A stretch of DNA of 64,000 nucleotides. Origin: Macrostomum lignano (Eukaryota). The notes beneath the pieces were generated by a model, which was given only the letters and a program-made list of their open reading frames with translations, was not told the origin of the DNA and did not search any database. Positions 55,925 to 64,000 of this stretch are shown one piece after another. A program made the translations under genes and the position numbers. Position 1 is the first letter of the stretch, and each line of letters opens with the position of its first letter. The DNA is taken from NCBI GenBank assembly GCA_002269645.1, contig NIVC01001671.1:62001-126000 (forward strand). Direction: 5' to 3'.

Positions 55925-58900
55925 TCAGTTTGGCGGCGCTGAGCATCTCTTCTGCTCCTGACGCCTACTCATAGTAGACTGACGCAGCGCGATTCCGTTT
56001 TTATAAATTCCCAACGAAGATGGCGGTCGAAGATTCGATTGCGCAGTTGCTGCGGCGCGGACGCTGCTAGATCTAGGGATGCCGGAAGCAGATCGAGATG
56101 GACTTTTCTGGCTACCGGATGGAGTGCCGCTAGAGGAGGATTTCACTGACAATTTAAAAATGGAGTGAAATTTTATTAGAAACTCGCAAACGGATGATGA
56201 GGCATGAGGAATAGATAGGAAATGTAGGGTATGGGAAATGTAGGGTATGGGAAATGTGGGGTTTGGGAAATGTGGGGTCTGGGAAATGTGGGATCTGTGG
56301 ACAATGGGAAATGTGGGATCTGTGGACAATGGGAAATGTGGGATCTGTGGACAATGGGAAATGTGGGGATTGGGAAATGTGGACAATGGAAATGTGGGGA
56401 TGGAAATGTGGGGATGGAAATGTGGGCAATGGGAAAAGTGGGCAATGGGAAATGTGGGCAATGGGAAATGTGGGGATTGGGAAATGGGATGGAAATGTGG
56501 GGATTTGCACGCGAAGGCGTATTCAGCATGCCAGTGAAGTATGAGACAGACTAGGCCCATGGGCTAAGGTCTGCGATGCTTCACGCCTGCCCCTATCTTC
56601 AGCAGGTCAAGGCTGGTGGGAGGTCTGCACCCTCTATTTGCCTCTGGCAGCCGCAGACCCCCCCCCACGCTGTCTCGCAAGTCGACCCAGGGTACTCGTC
56701 CCCGCGTGTGTTCAAGGCAGTCCCTAGGGCTGCTGGACAGACTGGGCTCCGGCGCTGGCGACCCTATCCAGTGGCTTCGGCCGAATTTGGGTATGCGGGT
56801 CTGGCTCGCCAACCTGCAGGCCGTGGTACTGCTCAACGTACTCTCTAATGCCTAAGGTGTTGACCGTGCCGATGGGCTGGAAGGCCGGGGAGTAGTCCGG
56901 TCGCAAGCGGTCCCCCTCCTGGTGTCGGGCCAGCCTTGAGGGTGCTATTGGCCTACTGCCCGGTCAGGTGGAGCGGCCGGGTGGGTACCGCGCCCCTTTG
57001 AGGGTAGCCCACCAACCTTTTATCATGGCCTTCGAGCCGACTATGGATAAACAAGCTATTTCTAGGGACGGGGACCCTTCTAAACCCCAACCTCAGTCTG
57101 AAGGACCGGCCGGCCCTGCTGGCAGATCCCAACCGACTGATTCAACTGTGGCAAAGGAAGGACCGGCTGGCTCTGCTGGCAGATCCGACCAGAGCTACCA
57201 AACTCAAAATACCCTAAGACCTGCCAGCTCCGCTGGTGGATCTAAGGGAACCGCGAGCTCTGAGCCTAAAGGACCGGCCAAACCTGGCAGATCCGATGAA
57301 GCTCAGCGGGCTCGGCTTGAGCGCAAACGCGCTAAACAACGCGCCAAAAGGCAGGCCAAGAAGGGAGCTGCGGGGGCCAAAGCGGCGGCGTCCACCATGG
57401 ATGCTGAAGCGACTGGAGTCCCAAGGCAACCAGGCGGGCCGGCCGGTGGAAGCTCCAGTAGTTCAGCGGCGGCGCTCCCTGGAGCTGCTGCCGCGGCTGC
57501 TGAGGCCGAAACCACGGCGCAACAAATGGCCACTGCCAACAAGGAGGTTCCTTCGGGAGCTACCTTTGCGGCGAAGGCCAAGGCCAAAATCCCGGGAGTG
57601 ATCATCCAAGGTCGCGACCAGGACTGGACCACTGATCAGCTTCAAAAAGTGTGGAGTGCTGTTGACTCCTATCTGATTGAGCTGACTGTCGAGGAGGGAA
57701 TCTCCATCGGCGTTGAGCGGATGGTGCTGCGAAGCACATTCGTTCTTATTGCTCCTAGCAGCGAGGAGGACGCTCGGCGGCTGCTCCAGCGGCTACCGAC
57801 GTTCTCCTTGGATGCTGACCTTGGCGGAGCTCTTTTTCTTCGCGAGGGCCAGCGTCCAAAGACGATACCCTATGTGGTTTTCGTCCCTGCTAAGAGCACC
57901 GCAGCTGGACCAGACGTTATTCGCCGGGTCCTACTGCGTCTGAACCCCGACCTCCCTGCTAGTGGACTGGTGTATCACCGTAAAGTCCGCAGGGGGGAGA
58001 CGGGCAACTCAATTGTCCTCGGCCTTTCCAGCACTTGGGCGAGTCGGTACCCTAATGGATCCTCTTTCCAGCTGGGTGCCCTCAAGCTCAAGTTGCGCCG
58101 AGGAAAGTCTGCCAAAGGGAAGGCTACTGCCAACCCCGGCATCTCCGGCAAGAGCGGGGCGCAGTCTAAGGCCCAAGGAAAGGCGCAAGCCGATCCCAAA
58201 GCCAAAGCTGCATCTCGCCCCTCTGCTAGCAGCAGTTCGGCGACCGCGGTAACGGCTCCGGCCGAGCCCCGGGAACCAAACCTGCCAGTCGGAGAAGGAG
58301 TTGAGGACGAGGCCGGGTCTTCGGAATCCGAGCTCTCCTCGGCCACCTTGGTGGGGTCTGAAGGTAAAGATGCAGGTGAGGAAGCTTCCTCCATCCTGTC
58401 ATCGGAGCCTGAGGACTCTGCTGGGGGGGCCGGTGGGGGTGAGGAGGCCATGGACGTCGACCAACTCCCATCTCCCAGTCAAGCCCCAGCGGCCTGGGAC
58501 GAGGACGATCTGTTGTCCAAGTCTCCTTGATGGCCCTGGGCTCTAGCCAGATATTGCATTTAATACAGTATGACTAAGCTCCACGCTGCCAAAGGAGCGA
58601 CATTCTGTCTGCAAATAAATTTACAGCATTGCGTATCTGCGTCAGTAAATCTGATGAAGATTGCTGAGCTGTACAGGCCAGGCCTCATCCTGATCCAGGA
58701 ACCCTGGATGCGCAACGGTAAGTTGCCCAACATTCCCTCTGGCTACTCTGATTTTTATGTGTGTGGCCCGGGGAACAGCCGCCCTAGAGCGGCTATCCTC
58801 GCTGCTAGCCATCTCCAGGCTTGGCTGAGGACTGATCTCTCTGATGGAGACCTTTGCGTCATCCAATCTAATCATTTCTCTCCGCGTACGTGTCTTGTTG

Positions 58901-61900
58901 CCTCGGTTTATATCCCAGGCGACAGAGACCCTGCTCCGAGAGTTTACTGCGCCTTGCGCAGTACTGCGAGTCCCAGAACGCTGAGCTGTGCTTAGGGGGC
59001 GACCTCAACGCGCACCACAAGCACTGGGGCAGCAAAGATACCAACACTAGAGGAGAGGAGCTTCTGGCCCTCATCTCTAACACAAACCTCATGCTCTGCA
59101 ACCGCGGCAGCACTCCTACCTTTAATAATGGCAGATGGACCGAGGTCCTCGACGCCACACTCGTTACCCCAAGACTCTTTGACAGAGTCAAGGAGTGGAG
59201 AGTCTGGTCTGAGGAGCCCTCCCTGTCTGACCACTGCTTTATCGCCTTTAATATCGCGGACACTAAAACCCAGTCTCCGATCACTTGGAGACGCAATATC
59301 CGCAACACTGATTGGGCGGCCTACAAGGCTGCCCTTGATCTGCACCTGCAGGAACTCACGGACTTACGTCCGATTGAGACCTGCGAGGATGTGGATCATA
59401 TGGCTGAGACGCTGACAGGTTGCATTATTGCAGCCTACGAAGCGGCTTGTCCTGCTCGCGCCTACAGAGGCAAGACCTCGGCGCCGTGGTGGAACCCGGA
59501 GCTGGGGAAACTCAGGCGGAAGGCCAAAAGCCTTCATCGCCGTGCCATGAAGACCGGAAACCCGGAGGACATGGAGCTTTTCCGGCAAGCCTCCCGCAAT
59601 TTCAAATCTGAAGTGCGCAAGGCCAAGGAATGTAAGTGGCGCCAATTCTGCAATGAATTGGATCAAGACAGACCTACTTCTAGGCTTGTCAAGGCCCTTA
59701 CAATGGACAAAATGTCCAAATTAGCCATGATAAAAAAGATGATGGCTCTCTTACTAAAGACCCTGAAGAAGTGCTTCAGCATATGCTTAGCACATTCTTC
59801 CCGAGGGTACCTACTGCTAGACCGGAGCCCAACCATTCGATGGATGGAGCCACCCTAGCGGCGGGCATTGTCACTGAAGACCTAATCGCTCGTGCGGTCA
59901 GAACCTTCAAACCCTTCAAATCTCCTGGACCTGATGGTATCTACCCTGTTCTCCTTCGTGAAGCAGCCAAGATACCCTCGTTCCTGAGACTCACCCGCAA
60001 TCTTATGCGGGCCTCTATCCAGCTGGGATACGTTCCCAAAAGCTGGACTGAAGCTCGAGTAGTCTTTATTCCCAAACCTGGGAAGGGTGACTACCAAAGC
60101 GTCAAGGCCTTCCGGCCAATTAGCTTAACGTCAGCAATGCTTAAGCTCACTGAGAGGCTTATTCTCTGGCGGCTGCTCTCCTGCGAGCTGACAGCGATGC
60201 CCCTCAGCAATAATCAGCACGCCTTCCGTACCGGGAGGTCGACTGACAGCGCCCTGCATGCGATTGTCGAAAAGATTGAACGGGCGGTACTGGGTGACGG
60301 TTACGCCCTGGCTCTCTTTCTTGACATTGTTGGCGCCTTCGACAACGTTATCTTTGAAGCGTTTCAGAGGGCCCTTCAAAATCGCAAAGCTCATGCTACC
60401 CTCATACGGTGGATCATGTACATGATCTCCAACCGTACGGTCACTGCCCAACTTCTTGGGCAAACTGCCTCCACCAGAGTCTGTAAGGGTGGACCCCAAG
60501 GCGGAGTCCTCACCCCGACGCTCTGGAACCTGGTCATGGACGCTCTTCTGAGTGACTCCCGACCTGACCCCGTCTTCAAAGTCGGGTATGCTGATGACGT
60601 CACGGCCATTGTGGCAGGACCGTCTCCCAGCACGCTCAGGGATCTGATGCAGAGCTTTATCCGCAAAGCAGAATCCTGGGCCAATGACAATGGTTTGGAA
60701 CTCTCTGAGCCCAAAACCGTTGCCATTATGTTTACCAGCAGACTACGCTGGAACATACGTCCTCTGCAGCTCTACGGCAGAGATATTGCCTTCGCGCACC
60801 AGACCAGATGTCTCGGGGTCACACTTGACCACCGGCTCAACTGGTCCTTCCACGTGAAAGCAAAAGCTAAGCGTGCCTCAGCCATCCTGGCCCAGCTCCG
60901 ACGAGCACTTGGCACTTCTTGGGGTCTATCCCCAAAGCGGCTTTGGTGGATCTATACTTCCGTAGTTAGACCTGCCATTACGTACGCCTCTGTTGTCTGG
61001 GTTAGCGCTACCCAGGTCAAAAGCCATGCAGACCTGCTCAACACGATCCAAGGCAGAGCGTGTAGGCTCATCTGCAACGCCACCAGGTCCACGCCCTTTG
61101 CTGGCATGGGGCCTTTCTTAATCTTCCGCCTCTTGACCTCTTCATCAGGGGTGAGGCGGCTAGAACGACGCGGCGTCTAATTGATGCCGGCGTCAAATTC
61201 ATTTACATGAGAGCACCTGCTAAGCGGAACCTTGTCCCGCATAGCGATCTGTGCCTCAACTTTCTCAACGAGTGTCAGGCCAATCGCGTCTTCACCGATG
61301 GCATTGCCTCAACGCTCAACCTGAGACAGCGCTACTCCGTAGCTATCGACTCGCGCGATAACATCAATGACCATTGGAACCCTGGTGAGCTTCATTGCTA
61401 CACCGACGGTTCTAAGCAGTCAGCCAACACCGGCTTTGGTGTTGGAATCTTTCTGAACGGGAGGGTCATCGCTACCCACGCTCAATACACTGGGGTCAAC
61501 TCCAGTGTTTTCCAAAATGAAGTTCTGGCCATCAGCTCCTGCACTGCAGAGCTTCTCGCCACTGGCGTTACTGGTAAGAACATCATTTTCCATTCGGACA
61601 GCCAAGCTGCCTTGCACGCCATCAGTGGCTGCAGCACCAACTCTGCTACAGTCCTTGACTGTATCAAACTCCTCAATGTGTTGGGTTCCGCCAACAAAAT
61701 TACCCTTAAGTGGGTTCCGGGGCATGTGGGGATCCGAGGAAATGAGTTGGCTGACACCCTTGCAAAAGTTGGTGCCTCCGGCTCCTCTCTCGGCCCCGAA
61801 CCTCTTGTCCCGATCCCTGGCTGTGTCATCGACTCGCGCATCAAAGCGTGGATCAGGACTCAGCACCGCTCGACTTGGGCGAACCGCACGAACTGCAGGC

Positions 61901-64000
61901 AATCCAGAGGCGCTGTCCCTCAGCCCTCTCACCAGCTCCGGAAGCTCCTCTTGCGCCTCTCGCGCAGAGACATCCGGGCTGCCACCATGACCCTCTCTGC
62001 ATGGTCACGGCTGCTTCTCCAGGCACCAGTACCTGCAGGGCAACGCCACCAACGCCACCTGTAGTTTCTGCAACTCAGGTGACGAAACCGCTGAGCATTT
62101 CGTCAGCATCTGTCCCGCCTTCACGCGGGCCAGACTCACTTACCTCGGGCCACACACATCTATTACTGAAGCGTGCAAACCCGAAAACTTTAATCAGCTC
62201 ATGCGCTACCTTCGGGCCACCCGCAGGGCTGAACTCTCCTTTCCAGAGAGCACCATAGCTGCTGGCGACACTGGGGGACCTCCCTGGGCGGCGCCAACCC
62301 TCCGTCCATAGCGACGCGTCGGCCGTTCAGGGACTAGCGGAATGGGCGCCCGCGCCTTCCCGCTGTGTCCCCTCCGGGACAGCCCTGCAGCTAAGTCAAG
62401 TAAGTCAAAGTGGGGATGGAAATGTGGGGATGGAAATGTGGGGATGGAAATGTGGGGATGGAAATGTGAGGATGGGACATGTGGGGATGGAAATGTGGGG
62501 ATGGAAATGTGAGGATGGGACATGTGGGGATGGAAATGAGGGGATGGGACATGTGGGGATGGAAATGAGGGGATGGGAAATGTGAGGATGGGACATGTGG
62601 GGATGGAAATGAGGGGATGGGACATGTGGGGATGGAAATGAGGGGATGGGAAATGTGAGGATGGAAATGTGGGCATGAAAATGTGGGGATGGAAATGTGG
62701 GGATGGAAATGTGGGGATGGGAAATGTGGGGATGGGAAATGTGGGGATGGAAATGTGGGGATGGGAAATGTGGGGATGGAAATGTGGGGATGGGAAATGT
62801 GGGGATGGGAAATGTGGGGATGGGAAATGTGGGGATGGGAAATGTGGGGATGTGAAATGTGGGGATGCGAAATGTGGGGATGGGAAATGTGGGGATGGGA
62901 AATGTGGGGATTGGGAAATGTGGGGATGCGAAATGTGGGGATGGGAAATGTGGGCAATGGGAAATGTGGACAATGGGCAATGTGAGGATGGTAAATGCGG
63001 TCCAGTAAGCCAGACGAACTGCACACCAAGGACTCACCCGGGATGCCAGTGGGTGCGGCAGTCGCACTGTGCGGCACCGCAAGGCCGGAAGTCGGCTGTC
63101 CCAGTTTCGTCTGTTGAAGTCGACTGGAATTCGACGCTGGAATCGGCAGATGTCTTGAAGCTGGCGACGGCTGTAGCGATTGAGACGGCGGCGACTGAGG
63201 TGACAAACTCGCGCTGATAGTTGAAGACACTTCATCAGCGTATCCGGAGTCCTTTGACAGAGAGGACAGTCGGAAGTGCTGCTGCTGTTGCTGCTGCTGC
63301 TGCTGCGGCTGCTTCTTCCGCTGCTGCTGCATCTGGTGCTGCTGCGTCTGGTGCTGCTGCGTCTGGTGCTGTTGCGTCTGGTGCTGCTGCGACTGGTGCT
63401 TCTGCGTCTGGTGCTGCTGCGGCTGGTGCTGTTGCGTCTGGTGCTGCTGCGACTGGTGCTTCTGCGGCTGGTGCTGCTGCGGCTGGTGCTGCTGCGGCTG
63501 GTGCTGGTGCTGCTCATGCTTCTGGTGTTGTTGCTGTTGCGCCTGCGGCGGCTGCTGCTTAGCCTTTGGCATCGGGGCAACGATTCCAAGAGGACGAGAC
63601 GCTGCAGCCACTGATCGAGTCGCCGACGGACGACTCAACAGAGAAGGAAGCAGCGACATTGGTTGCGGTGGAGGCTGCTGCAGATGGTCGCCAGCCTCTT
63701 TGGCGTCCTCGCCGACAAGCGGGTCCGAGTCCTCCTCAACCAGAGGCGACAATTCGCGGTCCGATGCAATCGACGACGATGGGCGCAGCAACATTGACGG
63801 AGTCGACGGCGACAGAGGCGCCGATGTGACGGAGGCTGCAGCTGCCTTCGCTCCTGACGAGGCCAGCAGGTTGCTCAGAGCCGTCCGGCAGTCCCCCCGT
63901 ACGCTGCGGTGCCGGCACAGGCGCTGAAGCCACCGGAGGCCGGGCTCGGCGCCCAGAGACAGCAGCAAACGTCGTTCGCGAGGCCGACCAGCGCCGCTGA
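55925..64000 (-). CDS. 3' part of an unidentified gene; Q/H/S-rich low-complexity protein, open to the window edge
   Basis: Exon from >64000 to 63038 (ccg g|gtgagt, phase 1) splices in frame to 56145-55925 (ttgtcag|TG AAA..TGA); QQHQ(P/T) pentapeptide repeats. Confidence 0.7.
56215..56504. repeat. G-rich 15-16-bp minisatellite, left part
   Basis: (gggaaatgtggggat)n variants. Confidence 0.9.
57025..58530 (+). CDS. LINE ORF1 protein (basic/low-complexity, cysteine-free)
   Basis: Open 501-aa frame from ATG 57025 directly upstream of ORF2; K/R-rich ERKRAKQRAKRQAKK. Confidence 0.85.
   Translation: MAFEPTMDKQAISRDGDPSKPQPQSEGPAGPAGRSQPTDSTVAKEGPAGSAGRSDQSYQTQNTLRPASSAGGSKGTASSEPKGPAKPGRSDEAQRARLERKRAKQRAKRQAKKGAAGAKAAASTMDAEATGVPRQPGGPAGGSSSSSAAALPGAAAAAAEAETTAQQMATANKEVPSGATFAAKAKAKIPGVIIQGRDQDWTTDQLQKVWSAVDSYLIELTVEEGISIGVERMVLRSTFVLIAPSSEEDARRLLQRLPTFSLDADLGGALFLREGQRPKTIPYVVFVPAKSTAAGPDVIRRVLLRLNPDLPASGLVYHRKVRRGETGNSIVLGLSSTWASRYPNGSSFQLGALKLKLRRGKSAKGKATANPGISGKSGAQSKAQGKAQADPKAKAASRPSASSSSATAVTAPAEPREPNLPVGEGVEDEAGSSESELSSATLVGSEGKDAGEEASSILSSEPEDSAGGAGGGEEAMDVDQLPSPSQAPAAWDEDDLLSKSP
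58570..62311 (+). pseudogene. LINE ORF2 (AP endonuclease, RT, RNase H, CCHC-like finger), broken by 4 frameshifts as assembled
   Basis: QINLQH, LIQEPW, GGDLNAHH, SDH; KSPGPDGI, FRPISL, QHAFR.GRST, GGPQGGVL.P.LW, GYADD (60587-60598); YTDGS, SDSQAA, WVPGH.GI.GNE.AD; CSFC..ETAEHFVSIC. Frameshifts near 58938, 59735, 61110, 62000. Confidence 0.92.
62410..62990. repeat. G-rich 15-16-bp minisatellite, right part
   Basis: (gggaaatgtggggat)n, same family as 56215-56504. Confidence 0.92.

Larger units (their letters stand above)
56505..62409 (+). mobile_element. Near full-length non-LTR retrotransposon (LOA/R1-like, with RNase H), 5.9 kb
   Basis: ~520-nt 5' UTR, ORF1, ORF2 with APE-RT-RNase H-zinc finger, short (aagt(c))n tail; gtggggat on both sides; clade assignment is inference. 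Confidence 0.92.

Noticed and set aside
56884-56975. HDV-like ribozyme with P1 ggccggg/cccggtc
   Set aside because: P1 can pair, but I could not build P2, P3/L3 or J4/2; not called without a computational scan
62206-63024. PHFPS-repeat ORFs as coding
   Set aside because: They lie beyond the gtgagt donor at 63037, inside the intronic G-rich satellite

Overview
Eukaryotic (animal) genomic DNA: GC-rich spliceosomal exons sit among AT-rich DNA and a very high density of micro- and minisatellites. This style suggests the flatworm Macrostomum, but the host is an inference. Gene models I could reconstruct by hand: two intact head-to-head paralogues of a 10-exon SLC6 amino-acid-type transporter forming a ~14.6 kb imperfect palindrome (1545-16175); an intronless OAMB-like octopamine receptor; a single-PDZ NHERF/Sip1-like scaffold divergent from FAIM; a secreted fibrinogen-related protein with an unrecognised N-terminal module; an atypical ARF-like GTPase; a 4-EF-hand calmodulin-like protein; an astacin metalloprotease; and the 3' end of a Q-rich gene whose last intron holds a near-complete 5.9 kb LOA/R1-like LINE (APE-RT-RNase H) inserted in a G-rich minisatellite. 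Also present: two decayed relatives of that LINE, an RTE remnant, two MITE-like elements, SINE-like fragments and a foldback repeat. No CRISPR, rRNA or true tRNA gene; most long ORFs in the track are repeat artefacts. Most interesting: the SLC6 palindrome (patchy homogenisation, a substrate-pocket difference, diverged tails), a family of minisatellites sharing a TGGCGC core, an array of ~84 AP-1-like sites, the LINE in a minisatellite, and a candidate unannotated small spliced gene.
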